Positions 33,787 through 47,395 of a DNA stretch of 64,000 bases are shown here, one piece after another; position 1 is the first letter of the stretch, and the number at the start of each line of letters is the position of its first letter. The notes beneath the pieces are model-generated. The model ran no database searches and was not told the origin of the DNA. It saw nothing but the letters and a program-made list of their open reading frames with translations. The translations under genes were made by a program, and so were the position numbers. Origin of the DNA: Nitrospirota bacterium. GTDB taxonomy: Bacteria > Nitrospirota > UBA9217. The stretch lies in NCBI GenBank assembly GCA_963818475.1, contig CAWFSF010000006.1, positions 1,920,001 to 1,984,000 of the forward strand. The letters are read 5' to 3'.

Positions 33787-34966
33787 TTTCCCGTCAATCG
33801 CAACCAATATCATCGACGAATGCTACGCTCGTTCGCTTGAACTCCTGGAGAAGAACTCCCACGGACACGGCGTGATCGCGGCGGCGCTGACGAAAAAGTC
33901 CGTTGACCGGAACTATGCCAGCATCTTCGGCAGGGACGCGGCCATCTGTTCGCTCGGCATGGTCGCCTCGGGCGACAAAGCGCTCATCCGCCACGCGAAG
34001 AAGAGCCTCCTCACCCTTGCCCGCTTCCAGGCGCCGAACGGCCAGATCCCGAAATACGTGAAGCCGGAAAAACGCGAGTCCGACTTCTGGTACTCCGGCT
34101 GCATCGATGCAACGCTCTGGTGGCTCTATGCGGTGGATAACTTCGACCGCGCCGTTCCCTCTTCGGGCCTCAAGAAGAAGCTGGAGCCAAAGATTGCCAG
34201 GGCATTGGGCTGGCTTTTCTGCCAGGAGCATCAGGGCATGTTCCTGGTGCAGCAAAACGAAGCGAGCGACTGGGCGGACATCATGCCGCGCTCGGGGTTC
34301 GTGCTTTATTCAAACACCCTGTGGTACGCGGTGAAGAAGCAGTACGGCATCCGCACCGCCGCCAAAACGCGCCACTTCTTCAGCCACATCTTCTTCCCCT
34401 TTGACCAGTCCTGCTCCGAACACCACCGCGCCAAAATACTGACCGAGTACGTGATGGGCGGGGCAAAACAGCGCGATTTTTTCCTTAGCTTTGTGAACTT
34501 CTCCTTCTGGGGCGAGGACGTGGACGTGTTCGGAAACGTCCTGGCGTGCCTGTTCAACATCCCCTCCGCAGAGAAGCGCGAGCTCATTGTCGACCGCCTG
34601 CTCAAGCGGCGCGCGAACCAGCCCTGGCCCATCCGCACGATGCTCTCTCCTATCAGCGAGGACAGCTCCTTCTGGAGGCCCTATATGGACCGGCACAAGC
34701 AGAACCGGCCCTACCAGTATCATAACGGCGGCATCTGGCCTTTCGTTGCGGGCTTCTGGATACTGCTGCTGCTCAAGCTGGGACGGAGGGATCTGGCGAA
34801 AGAAGAGCTGGAACGATACGCCGGGGCGTGCAAACTGAACAACTGGGAGTTCAACGAATGGCTGCACGGCAAGACCGGCAAACCCATGGGCATGGCTGGG
34901 CAGTCCTGGAACGCAGCCATGTTCGTGCTTGCCTGTCAGGCCATGCGTGGCAGCGTGAAGTTTTAG
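33779..34966 (+). CDS. GH100/amylo-alpha-1,6-glucosidase-like glycoside hydrolase
   Basis: IFGRDAA, IDATLWW, YHNGGIWPF, FNEWLHG, QSWNAA. Confidence 0.82.
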   Translation: MPSFPSIATNIIDECYARSLELLEKNSHGHGVIAAALTKKSVDRNYASIFGRDAAICSLGMVASGDKALIRHAKKSLLTLARFQAPNGQIPKYVKPEKRESDFWYSGCIDATLWWLYAVDNFDRAVPSSGLKKKLEPKIARALGWLFCQEHQGMFLVQQNEASDWADIMPRSGFVLYSNTLWYAVKKQYGIRTAAKTRHFFSHIFFPFDQSCSEHHRAKILTEYVMGGAKQRDFFLSFVNFSFWGEDVDVFGNVLACLFNIPSAEKRELIVDRLLKRRANQPWPIRTMLSPISEDSSFWRPYMDRHKQNRPYQYHNGGIWPFVAGFWILLLLKLGRRDLAKEELERYAGACKLNNWEFNEWLHGKTGKPMGMAGQSWNAAMFVLACQAMRGSVKF

Positions 34967-35002
34967 CGGGTTGCTGAAAGGTATCTTTTCACGTTTTCTT
35001 CC

Positions 35003-36043
35003 TTACGAAGCGTTCCCTTTCTCGCGCAGATGCACGGTACGCTGCGGGAACGGGATCTCGATGCCTTCCGCCTTGAACCGCTTGAATATCCGCTTTCTGA
35101 GCTCATGCTGCGCGAGATACTGGTCCGTGAACTCGGCGACCTGGCAGATGAGCGTGAAATCCAGCGAACTCTCGCTGAATCCGGGGATGAACCGCACAAA
35201 GGGCTCGGGTTCGGCGAGCAGCCCCGGAATGTTCTTCGCCCCCTCTTTCGCTTCTTCGACCAGTACCCTCTCCACCTGCTCCGGATCGCAGGCATAAGAT
35301 ACGGAAATCGGGATAAGAAGGGACATCTGTTTTTCCGGGAGGTAATAGTTCGTCACCACGCTTTGAGCAAGCTTGCTGTTCGGGACAACGACGATATTGT
35401 TCGGCAGCATTCGCACCCGCGTGGTACGCCAGGTGATATCGTCGACATAGCCTTCCTGCCCGGATTCCAGCCTGATAAAATCGCCGATCCTGACGGACTT
35501 TTCCGTTAGGACATGGATGCCGGCGAAGAGGTTAGCGAGCGTATCCTGGAGCGCTAGCGCAACTGCCAGCCCGCCCACACCGAGGGCGGTGATCATAGGG
35601 GTGATGGAAATGCCGAGCAAGCTGAGGACGATCAGTATGCCGATGCCGTAAATGGCGCCCTGCATTACGCCGCTGGCGAGCCCGGTCGCGGAAATGGGCA
35701 GGTTCGACTTTCCCACATACTGGTGGACCGCTTTAACCGACAGTTTTGCCAGAGCGAACGTGACGGAGAGGATGATCAGCACATGGATCATTCTGGCGAT
35801 AGGCAGGGCATACCGCGCGGGAAGGTCCGAAACTTCGATGCCCAGATAGACGCCGAGCGCAAGAGCCCAGAAGACCGAGGGCACCCTGAATGACTCCATG
35901 ATCATATCGTCGGCCTTTGTTGCGGTCTTCCCGGCCCAACGATGCAGAATGCGGAACGACACCGACCTGACGATCAGCAGAACGACAATGAACCCCAGCG
36001 ACACGGCTGCCGGTGTGATGATCTTTTTCATGACGGGATCCAT
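35003..36043 (-). CDS. mscS: Small-conductance mechanosensitive channel
   Basis: LGVGGLAVALALQDTLANLFAG, IGDFI, VPNS, IEIPFPQR. Confidence 0.9.
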   Translation of the reverse strand: MDPVMKKIITPAAVSLGFIVVLLIVRSVSFRILHRWAGKTATKADDMIMESFRVPSVFWALALGVYLGIEVSDLPARYALPIARMIHVLIILSVTFALAKLSVKAVHQYVGKSNLPISATGLASGVMQGAIYGIGILIVLSLLGISITPMITALGVGGLAVALALQDTLANLFAGIHVLTEKSVRIGDFIRLESGQEGYVDDITWRTTRVRMLPNNIVVVPNSKLAQSVVTNYYLPEKQMSLLIPISVSYACDPEQVERVLVEEAKEGAKNIPGLLAEPEPFVRFIPGFSESSLDFTLICQVAEFTDQYLAQHELRKRIFKRFKAEGIEIPFPQRTVHLREKGNAS

Positions 36044-36186
36044 TCTATGGACTCAGCTCCATGCCAGAAATGATAAGCTCTCCGGATTTATATATAATTA
36101 AGTATAGCAATTCCCCATGCTAGTATTACTGTGACAGGTGAAAAGTTGAAATGATCAGCATTCTCCGAAGCTATGCAGGGCTGAAG

Positions 36187-37200
36187 CTATCCCCTCCCTC
36201 GCAGCCGGAATAAAAGGACGATATTCACGAGATAGGCGAAAATCAGCGCGAGCGCGTCCCATCCGATGCGTAAAGCAGTTTTCTTTTCCAGCCGGTACAT
36301 GAGGCTCACGACGACGATACCCGTCATAATGATCGCGATTATTCCGGTTATCGCATGATTCTGGGACACCGCATTGAATAAAGGGCCCTGCGGGTAGGCA
36401 AGATCGTCAATGGCGAGGATCACCATATTGAACAGATTGCTTCCAAGGAGGTTCGCGATCGCCATGTCCGCTGCTCCGATCCGGAGCGCCGAGATCGATA
36501 CGGCCAGTTCCGGAAGCGACGTGGTCATGGCGATAAGGATGGACCCCACGAAGCTCCTGCCGAGGCCGGTCGCCCCGGCCAGCCGGTCGCCGATGAACGG
36601 AAGCCATGTTGCGGCAGCGACGATGACCAGGGCGTTCAGTCCATATTTGATCGATGCTTCTTTTGTGGAAATATGTCCGTACTGAAGCGCGGGGGCGATT
36701 GCTCCGATGTGGGGGGCCGCCTGCCGTTTCTGGAACAGGAATACGCTCCGCATGGAAAGAGCATATAATCCGATGATGAGCGGAGTGGAAAGCGAGATCT
36801 GTCCGACCGAAGGGATCCCTGTTGCAGCAGCGACGGAAAACGTGGCGATCCCCATCAGGATCACGCCGAATCCCGCGCTCAGAATGTGGCTGTGCTCGGC
36901 TCGGGAGAAGATCGGTTTCGGACCGTGCAGCATGTCCATGAGGGCGATAAGGGAGAGATTGAGCACACAACTCCCCATCACGTCTCCGAGGGCGATATCG
37001 GGAACCCCGGCGAAGGCAACGGAACTGACTCCGGTGATCAGCTCCGGCAGGGAGGTGACGCCGGCCATCAGGATAAGCCCGATCCACGCTCTCCCCAGCC
37101 CGGTCTTTTCCGCGATCACGTCCCCGTAGCGCGACAGATTCGTACCGCAGAAAACGATGAGGGCGGAGCAGAACAGGAACTCAAACCACAGCAACGTCAT
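36187..37200 (-). CDS. Sodium/calcium antiporter (CaCA family)
   Basis: Two TSLPEL alpha-repeats followed by GS..N. Confidence 0.88.
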   Translation of the reverse strand: MTLLWFEFLFCSALIVFCGTNLSRYGDVIAEKTGLGRAWIGLILMAGVTSLPELITGVSSVAFAGVPDIALGDVMGSCVLNLSLIALMDMLHGPKPIFSRAEHSHILSAGFGVILMGIATFSVAAATGIPSVGQISLSTPLIIGLYALSMRSVFLFQKRQAAPHIGAIAPALQYGHISTKEASIKYGLNALVIVAAATWLPFIGDRLAGATGLGRSFVGSILIAMTTSLPELAVSISALRIGAADMAIANLLGSNLFNMVILAIDDLAYPQGPLFNAVSQNHAITGIIAIIMTGIVVVSLMYRLEKKTALRIGWDALALIFAYLVNIVLLFRLRGRG

Positions 37201-37322
37201 GGGAGAACTCCCTTCGCGGTAATGAACCTCCCCATAGCAAGCTTCCAACTCTCCTCTCCCTTCGATGGGAGGGGATCAAGGGGAGGGTGAAGTATCCCGG
37301 CGTTCATTCTCGTCTGTGCAAG

Positions 37323-38540
37323 TTAAACGGAACATTCTTCGGGCAGATTCTTCATCAACGGTTTCAGCGCGAGAGGAGCGAGAAGCGTCGTCACCGCCAC
37401 GACGAAAACGACCACGGCGTAGACGGAGTCATCGAATATGCCGTTCCTTCTGCCCACTTCGGCGAAAATGAGCCCCACCTCGCCGCGCGGCACCATCGCC
37501 ATACCGGTGGACAGTTTGCAGTCCCACCCGCCCTTCACCCAGAGACCGCTGAGGAGTTTGGAAAGAATGGCAGCCGCGGACAGCGACCCGGCGAACCACC
37601 AGAACGCTCCGGAGGTCGCGTCGATCACCCGAAAATTGATAGAGGCGCCCACCATGACGAAGAATACGGGAACGAACAGATCGATGATGGGCGTCATGCT
37701 GTCCTCGATCTTTTTCGCGATACTCTGGCTGTAATGTTCGATGGCCGATCCTAGAGGAAGAAAGAACCGTCTTGCCAGAGCGATGCCGGCGGCAAAAGAA
37801 CCAAGGATCTCGGGAGCGCCCACCTTGTGGGAAATGACCGCCAGTCCCAGGATCATCGAAATGATGAGCGTGGGGATCATGCCCTTCGTTTTACTGTTCG
37901 CGGAAAGCTTAGCCATCGTGGGCACGAAGAGCTTGGCGATGACCGGGGCGACAACCAGAAAGACCGTGATGAACACCACGATCCTGACCGTGTCCGCAAT
38001 GCTGACCGCTCCCTTGACGGCAAAGTCATACAGCACCGCGAGGATAACCACGCCGATAATATCGTCGAGAACCGCGGCGCCCAGGATGATTTGCGAGATG
38101 ACCGTGTTCTGTTTTTTCAGGTCCGTCAGGACCCGCACGGTGATGCCGATGCTCGTGGCCACGACGGTCCCTCCGATGAAGAGCGAGGGGATCAGCGCCA
38201 GGTTGAACCAGAAATAAGCGAGGTAAAAGCCCGCGACCGCGGGAACAACGACGCCCGTCAAGGCCACCAGTGCGGATTGGACGCCGACCTTGATGATCCG
38301 GCCGACGTCCGTTTCGAGCCCCACCTCGAACAGGAGCAGCAGGATCCCGCTCTCCGCCAGGAGCTAGAACGTGGCATCCGGTTGGATGAATCCGAGCAGG
38401 CTCGGGCCGATCACGATCCCGGCCGTGACCTCCCCCAGCACCGGCGGCATGCGGAGGCGCGCGAAGACCTCGGCGAACAGCTTCGCCGAAAGGATGATCA
38501 CCAGCAGCTTGATGAAGAACTCCGAAACTTCCATGGACAT
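37323..38540 (-). CDS. Cation:proton antiporter (CPA2, NapA/KefB-like), interrupted by an in-frame TAG at 38364-38366
   Basis: PPVLGEVTAGIVIGPS, LFEVGLET, ATSIGIT, AAVLDDI, MVPRGEVGLI. Confidence 0.88.
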
Positions 38541-38551
38541 GCTCCCCGAAG

Positions 38552-38660
38552 CTGAAAAAAGAAAAGGCCGGCAAAAAGAATTAACTTTTTGTCAGCCCTC
38601 TCTCCCGACGGTTTGGAACTCCGTCAGGCGCGTCAGTCCGCAGATACCATTTTTATTAAC
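38552..38660 (-). ncRNA. Candidate riboswitch/attenuator leader of the CPA2 antiporter
   Basis: Hairpin CCUGACGG/CCGUCGGG, then terminator GGCUGACAAAAAG/CUUUUUGCCGGCC with a U-tract, just before the GGGGAG RBS. Confidence 0.6.
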
Positions 38661-38666
38661 AGTTTG

Positions 38667-38695
38667 AGTATATTCTATAGAAGCCTTTGTGTCAA
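38667..38695 (-). promoter_or_regulatory. Sigma70 promoter
   Basis: TTGACA-17-TATACT on the minus strand. Confidence 0.8.
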
Positions 38696-38704
38696 ACGCA
38701 TCCC

Positions 38705-39970
38705 TCAGTGTAGTAGTACATAGGCAACCGCACCGCCTATGTAGCCAATGAGGGCAAGAAGGCTGATCCTCCGGACATACCAGAAAAACTCGATCTTTTC
38801 GATGCCCATAGCGGCGACGCCCGCTGCTGACCCGATGATCAGGATCGAACCGCCTGTTCCTGCCGCGTAGGCGAGAAACTCCCACAGGGACGAATCGGTC
38901 GGGAACTGCGTCATGGAATACATTCCCATGGAAGCCGCAACAAGCGGCACGTTATCAATGATCGCGCTGACCAGTCCGAAAATGGAAACAATGATCGCCT
39001 GGTTGCCAACAACCTTGTCGAGCCATTGTGCCAAAGAGGTCAGGATATGAGTGTGTTCAAGCGTCGCCACGGCAAGAAGAATCCCGATGAAGAATACGAG
39101 CGACGACATGTCGATCCGTTGAAGGGCCGACACAAGCGTCAAGCGCTGCTTCTCTCCTTCTTCTTTATTGCGGTGGATCAGCTCGCCGGCCAGCCAGAGG
39201 AGTCCCAGGCCGAACAAAATGCCCATAAATGGGGGCAAGTGGGTCAAGGTTTTGAAGATGGGAACGGCGCAGAGTATGCCGATCCCTGCGAAGAACATGA
39301 AGCTCCTCTCGAATGAGGTTGTTTCATATCTGCCTTCGTTTTCCGCTGCCTTTTCGGGGCCGACAACAGGCTTTCCCCGAATCATATAGCTGATGACGGC
39401 CAATGGCACCGCCATATTGACTACGGAAGGGATAAAGACGCCTTTGATGATCGCGAGAGCGGTAATTTGCCCTCCTATCCAGAGCATGGTGGTGGTCACG
39501 TCTCCAATGGGCGACCACGCGCCGCCGGCGTTGGCTGCGATGACAATGATCCCCGCGAAGAACAGCCTGTCGTCTTTCTTGCCCAACAGCTTCCGGGTCA
39601 GAGACAACATCACGATGGTCGTTGTCAGGTTGTCGAGCACAGCGCTCAGGAAGAACGTGACAAAGCCGATCAGCCACAGCAGGCTCGTCATCTTTGCCGT
39701 GTTGATCCTGTCCGTAATGACGTTAAAACCGTCATGCGCGTCGACGACCTCAACGATTGTCATTGCGCCCATAAGAAAAAAAACGATCTGCGCGGTTGCG
39801 GAAAGAGTTTCGTTCAGCTGCTCGGTTACCTGGCCCGTGAAGACCGCGTAGATGGTCCATAACAGGCCGGCGCCTACCAGGGCGGGTGCGCTTTTATTGA
39901 CCTTGAGCGGATGTTCGAGAGCGATTGCCGCATAGGCTATCACGAAAACAATGATCAGCAAAGTATTCAT
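38705..39970 (-). CDS. nhaD: Na+/H+ antiporter NhaD
   Basis: FFLSAVLDNLTT, AANAGGAWSPIGDVTT, SAIIDNVPLVAA, GTGGSILIIGSAAGV. Confidence 0.93.
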   Translation of the reverse strand: MNTLLIIVFVIAYAAIALEHPLKVNKSAPALVGAGLLWTIYAVFTGQVTEQLNETLSATAQIVFFLMGAMTIVEVVDAHDGFNVITDRINTAKMTSLLWLIGFVTFFLSAVLDNLTTTIVMLSLTRKLLGKKDDRLFFAGIIVIAANAGGAWSPIGDVTTTMLWIGGQITALAIIKGVFIPSVVNMAVPLAVISYMIRGKPVVGPEKAAENEGRYETTSFERSFMFFAGIGILCAVPIFKTLTHLPPFMGILFGLGLLWLAGELIHRNKEEGEKQRLTLVSALQRIDMSSLVFFIGILLAVATLEHTHILTSLAQWLDKVVGNQAIIVSIFGLVSAIIDNVPLVAASMGMYSMTQFPTDSSLWEFLAYAAGTGGSILIIGSAAGVAAMGIEKIEFFWYVRRISLLALIGYIGGAVAYVLLH

Positions 39971-40075
39971 AGTTTCCAGACCTGTTCAGGATTTCCCCTT
40001 CCTTTTTGCAACTATTCAGCATCTCTTCCGCAGTTACGCAGATGAATGCGGATTAAAAACACTTTCAGTCTAAGC

Positions 40076-40147
40076 AACCGCGAATGAACGCGAATAGACG
40101 CTAATAACTCTTTCTGAATTCGTGTTTATTCGCGTTCATTAGCGGTT
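40076..40147. repeat. Palindromic element, same family as 11651-11741
   Basis: aaccgcgaatgaacgcgaat...attcgcgttcattagcggtt. Confidence 0.8.
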
Positions 40148-40298
40148 TTCGGTTTTTTCCTCTTCGCTTGACTTCCAAAATCCCCCGCCAAGAGCTTCTC
40201 CCTGCAGTTGTGCTGAGCAAATATACTATGCATGGTTGATTACTGCAAGGAATTTGCCGGAGGATGCCATAACCGCCAAAGATACCGTCGTCTGCAGC

Positions 40299-40335
40299 AA
40301 AAAAACGGGGATTGGATAACTGCTCCAATCCCCCT
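40299..40335 (-). terminator. Intrinsic terminator after acs
   Basis: GGGGATTGGA-loop-TCCAATCCCC followed by a T-run. Confidence 0.75.
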
Positions 40336-40363
40336 GGTCATTTCAGTTCACCGCAGTGCGGGT

Positions 40364-42340
<1,977 letters not shown>

Positions 42341-42508
42341 TATTTCTCCTTCCTGTTCAGTAATGCTTCTCTTGGGAAGAACCTGTTGCTCTGCATACTT
42401 AGATAACTGTAGGGGAAGCTGGAGAAAAAGTCAAGGGCAAGGAGCAGACCGCGAATACCGGCCTGCCCCTGCCCAGATTTGTAAAGCACTGCAGAGGAGT
42501 TGATGGTG

Positions 42509-44304
42509 CTAGTCTTCCGAACCGATACCGAGATACTCACGGACCTTTACGCCGGCAAACTTGTCCTCTGCAGCCTTCTCAGGCCTCAGGATGGAGACGA
42601 AGAACGCCATGAGGAATGCCGCGGCCATGGAGTAGATGCCGGGATTCTTGAGCGGGAAGATCGGCTTCGGCATGGCTGTGCCTGCTTCCTTCTTCTTTGC
42701 CGCCAGCTGGTCCTTTTCCTGCGTCTTGGCGTCAATGGCAGCCTGCAGTGCCTCGTTCTTCTTCTCGGCAGCCGCCTTTTCCTTCTTCTTCAGTTTGGCG
42801 AGAGCATCAGCAGCGACGACCTGCTTCTGCAGGTCAGCGACCTGGGTGTCACGGCCTGCCATCTGGCCGCATCGATCTCCTTGACCTGCTTGTTTCCACT
42901 TTGGTCTTGTCGTCCTTGTGGATGATGTCGACCCAGACCGTGGGGCTCAGGATGATGAGCACTGATGGCCACGATCATGCCCGTGTAGATGCTCCACACC
43001 GCGCCCGTAGGTCGTCAGTTTCTTCCACATGATGGAAAGGAGCAGCGCCGGGAAGTTCGCGCTTGCGGCGATCGCAAAGGTCAGACCGACCAGGAACGCA
43101 ACGTTCTGGCCTTTGAAGAAGATACCCAGGATGATGGCGCAGATGCCGAGGCGCGACCGTCGCGATCTTGGCGACCTTCACTTCTTCCTTCTCGTTCGCC
43201 ACGCCGCGCCGGATCACGCCCACGAACAGGTCATGGGAAAGCGCCGATGCGCCGGCAAGGGTCAGACCGGAGACCACGGCGAGGATCGTGGCAAAGGCCA
43301 CGGCCGACAGGAAGCCGAGGAAAATGTTGCCGCCCAGCGCCTCGGCGAGCATGCGGGCCGGCCATGTTGCCGCCCTTGTCAATGCCCATGATGGCCTTCT
43401 GGCCCACGAGCACCGCGGCGCCGAAGCCGATGGTCACGGTCAGGATGTAGAAGTAGCCGATGAAGCCGGTGGCCACGAACACGGACTTGCTCGCCTGCTT
43501 GGCGTCGGGCACGGTGTAGAACCGCATCAGGATGTGCGGGAGACCGGCGGTGCCGAACATGAGCGCGAGACCGAGCGAGAAGGCGTCAATGGGGCTCGGT
43601 CACCAGACCGCCCGGTTCGAGGAACTTCGCGCCGTAAAGATTGCTTGCCTGGCCGAAGAGTTCGCCGTAGCTGAATCCGAACTTGGAGAGGGTCAGGATC
43701 ACGAGAAGCGTGGCGCCGCCCAGCAGCAGCACGGCCTTGATGATCTGCACCCAGGTCGTGGCGATCATGCCGCCGAAGAGCACGTAGGAGATCATGAGTG
43801 ATGCCTGTGACGACCATGGCCAGCTCGAAGGGAAGACCGAACATGAGCTTGATCAGGGTGCCGGCGCCGACCATCTGCGCGATCAGGTAGAAGATCACGA
43901 CGACGAGCGAGCCCGTGGCCGCTGCTGCACGGATCGGCCGCTGCTGCAGGCGGTAGGCGACCACGTCGGCAAAGGTGTACTTGCCGAGGTTCCGGAGCGG
44001 CTCCGCGATCAGGAACATGATGATGGGCCAGCCCACGAGCCAGCCCACCGAGTAGATGAGGCCGTCATAGCCCTTTGGTCGACACGAGGCCGGCGATGCC
44101 GAGGAACGAGGCCGCGCTCATGTAGTCGCCGGCAAGGGCCAGTCCGTTCTGGAAACCGGTGATGCTCCTGCCTGCTGCATAGAAATCCTTCGTGGTCCGT
44201 GTCCGCTTGGCCGCCCAGTAGGTGATGCCGAGCGTGCTCAGCACGAACAGGACGAAGAACATAATTGCAATCGGGTTTATCTGTCCAATGATTGTCTGTG
44301 GCAT
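42509..44304 (-). CDS. actP: Cation/acetate symporter (multiple frameshifts)
   Basis: [47 protein letters not shown]. Confidence 0.9.
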
Positions 44305-44306
44305 GG

Positions 44307-44620
44307 TTATCCTCCCACCTTTTCTTTGACTTTTTTGACCATGCACATCGTACTTGCTGTTCGCCCACCAGATGTAGATGCCCGGTGAACACCCAGGAAA
44401 GTAGGATGGTGCCCACGGCGATGGGGATGCCGATCGTCATGGCCGAGCCCTCGGAGATCTTCTGCGCCAGGAACGGCTTGTTGAACGCGATCAGGCCGAT
44501 GAACCCGAAGTACAGCACCAGCTCCAGGATCGTCAGGATCCACGAGATAGTGAACTTCTGTCGAGACAGGTCTTTGAAATCCGGATCTTCCAAAATGTCT
44601 TCGTGTTTTAATTTACTCAT
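44307..44620 (-). CDS. DUF485 (YjcH-like) membrane protein (frameshifted)
   Basis: [17 protein letters not shown]; immediately upstream of actP. Confidence 0.8.
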
Positions 44621-44693
44621 GTTCCCTCCTCCTTTTATTTAGCTGCTGTGAGTGTTTAAAAGTTGCCGAACTCGCCTGATCTGTCTGAACTGA

Positions 44694-45350
44694 TCACCTC
44701 CTTCGAATGGCGTTCCTACTCTTAACAAGTTCTCCGATGTCCGTACCCCTGCCTCGGCAAGATAGCGGGATAAAACGCTGAAACAGCTGCGCGGTGGTAA
44801 ATGCGTCCATGATCGCGTTGTGCGCGTCCTGCCACCGGGATATCGAAACATTTGCTGATGTCATACAGCCGGTACCCGGCCGATGGGTGTCGTAAAACAA
44901 TCACGCGCTCGCTGCCGTTTCCGAAGCCATTCATAGATGCTGAACGTGTCCAGCGCGGGGTTCGGCAGCTCGCGTCCATGGATCCGCTTCATCTCCCGGT
45001 TCAGGAACGCCAGGTCGATGGAAATAAAGTGTCCCACCAGAACATCGTTCCCGGCAGAAGTCCAGGAACTCATCAAGCGCCGCTTCGATCCCGGGCTGCT
45101 CGGCCACATCGGACGGCGTGATCTCGTGGATGACCACGCTGTCGGCCTTCAGTTCCGTCTTCGGACTTACCAGCCGGTAGAACTGGTCGCCGAGGTGGAT
45201 CGTGCCGCCCGTCATGCGCACCGCACCAATGGAAACGATGGAATCCTTTTTTTCGTCAAGCCCGGTCAGCTCCGTGTCCACGACCACGAACCGGCATCGC
45301 TGATCGGCGTCTGATTCGTCAACGACAGTCTTCTTTTTCCTATTGAACAA
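44694..45350 (-). CDS. DEDDh 3'-5' exonuclease (DnaQ-like; frameshifted)
   Basis: VVVDTELTGLD, LVGHFISIDLAFLN, AHNAIMDA. Confidence 0.85.
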
Positions 45351-45438
45351 GTCCTAAGCATGAGCGGCTACACTTTCTGCCGCATTGCGCCTGCTCCGCA
45401 GTTCTTATTCCGCAATCCGCATTCCGCAATCGCCTCTC

Positions 45439-47395
45439 CTACCAGATCAGCGACTTGTACCGTTCGATGATCAGGTCCTGCACCTTTGCAGACAAGCTGG
45501 AAGGCCTCTTTGATCGACCGTTTTTCGAGGTTGCTCAGCCGGTTCGGATTGATGAAATTGTCCGGGGCCCGCCCGAGCTGATCTGCGCATACTGGTGATG
45601 GATCCGAAGCAGCGTGATGAACTCGAAGGCCTGCTCCAGTTCGTCGGCGTATTCCTCCACAATCGTATGCATTGCCCCGCAGCGCCTCGATCCGCTCCAG
45701 CGTCGAGGTCTCCCGGACGCCCTTCTCGAGGGCGAAGAGCCGCACGATGTCCACGAGCGGCGCGATCCCCTTGATCTTGAGGTTCAGCTCGTCCTTGTGC
45801 TCGCCGTCCTTCTCCACGACAAAGGACTTGAAGAACCCGATGGGCGGCTGGTTCTTGATCGCCATGTTCGCCAGGTAGCCGAGGAACACCTTCTGGTCCT
45901 TCAGTAGCGCAGTGCAGATGGTCCCGGAGCTGCTTCGGCAAGCAGGCGAGCTCGCCCGTAGAGGGGCCGGAAATCGAAGAAAGCCACGGAGTTGCAGGAT
46001 CGCCTCCGCCGTCGGCGTGGCGATCCAGGTGGAAAAATATTTTTTCCAGGCCCTGAGCGGCTGGCACCACTGGGGATTGCTCGCCATGTAGTTTGCCGGG
46101 CAGGGCGGGAAACCCGCACTGCAGCAGGCTGTCGCGCACGAACTCGGCGAAAGCGGCGAAATAGCTTCCGGGCCGCCTCGGCCTCGGCCGCGGTTGTCCG
46201 GGTCGGCATAGATGATGCGCGTTGTCCTGGTCCGTCTTGAAGGTCTGCTCCTTGCGGCCCTCGCTCCCGAACACGATCCAGCAGTAGGCCACGGGCGGCT
46301 TGCCGAGCTTCCGCTCGGCGAACTCGAGCACCTTGCGCACCAGGCGGTCGTTGATCTCGGTGATGACCTTCGTGATGTTGCTCGCCTTGGCGCCTTCCTT
46401 CAGCAGGAGGCCGACGATGCTGTTGATCTTCCTCGAGACCGGGACGAGCCCGTCGATGGTCTGCTGGCTCTCGATGTCCTTGGTAAGCGAGAGCGGCGAC
46501 GTGCCCTGGAGCATCATCAGGTCGTGGTTCGTGATCACGCCCGTAAGCTTGCCGTCCTTGATCACGAGGATATGGTGGATATTGTACTTGATCATCTTGA
46601 GCACGGCTTCGAAGCAGTAGTCCCGGGCATCGACGCGGATGAGCGGTCGCGCTCATGATGTTCTTCACCGGATCCTGAACGTCCGCTGCCCCGGGCCACC
46701 ACCTTCTCGCGCAGGTCCCGGTCGGTCACGATGCCCGACGGGCAGATTGTTCCGGTCGATGATCGATGATGGAGCTGATCCGGTTCTCGGACATGATCTG
46801 CGCCGCTTCCCGGATGGACGGTTCTCCTCGCGCGGTCAGACCACGTCCTTGATCCCCATGTCCCCGACCCGGGTGGTGAACAGGAGACGGTCGCTGCCGC
46901 CGTAGAACATGCTCTTGTCCTGCATTTCCCGGTAGGTCCGGTCGATGTACTTGGTGATGTGGGACTTGAGAAAGTACTCGGTGAAGGACAGGTGCGAATC
47001 GAGGAGCTTCAGGAACAGTTCCTTGCCCAGCAGGTAGCAGATGCGTGTCTTCCACGGCCGTGATGTTCGACCGGATCCGGTCCTTGCCCACGAGCGACAG
47101 GAACCCGAAGGTATCGCCCTCGCCCCGGTAGTCGATGACGACCTCGTCGCCGTCCTCGGAGACCATGGACACCTTGACGCCGCCCTTCTTGATGATCCGG
47201 AGCGCGTCGCTGGGCGGACCGTCCTGCTTCAGGATGACCGTGTCCTTGGGGTAAAACTCCATGGACAGGTTCCGGGCCAACAGACTGCAGGTTCGCTTCG
47301 TCAAGGAACTGGAACGGCGGGACCTTCTTCAGAAAGGCGACCACGTCTTCCAGGATGACATTGTTGCCGTGATTCGACGGAGTAACAGGTATCAT
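45439..47395 (-). CDS. cNMP-binding/CBS/DUF294 nucleotidyltransferase-like protein (frameshifted)
   Basis: FLKKVPPFQFL, GSEGRKEQTFKTDQDN, MASNPQWCQPL, LNLKIKGIAPLVD. Confidence 0.88.

Noticed and set aside
28009-38366. TAG recoding (pyrrolysine or alternative code), suggested by two in-frame TAGs
   Set aside because: TAG ends higA, the GH100-like gene, acs and others at the expected positions; no pyl genes are present.
45405-45432. Short tandem repeat attccgcaatccgcattccgcaat as a regulatory site
   Set aside because: It is a single short intergenic repeat with no partner arm; no function is supportable.
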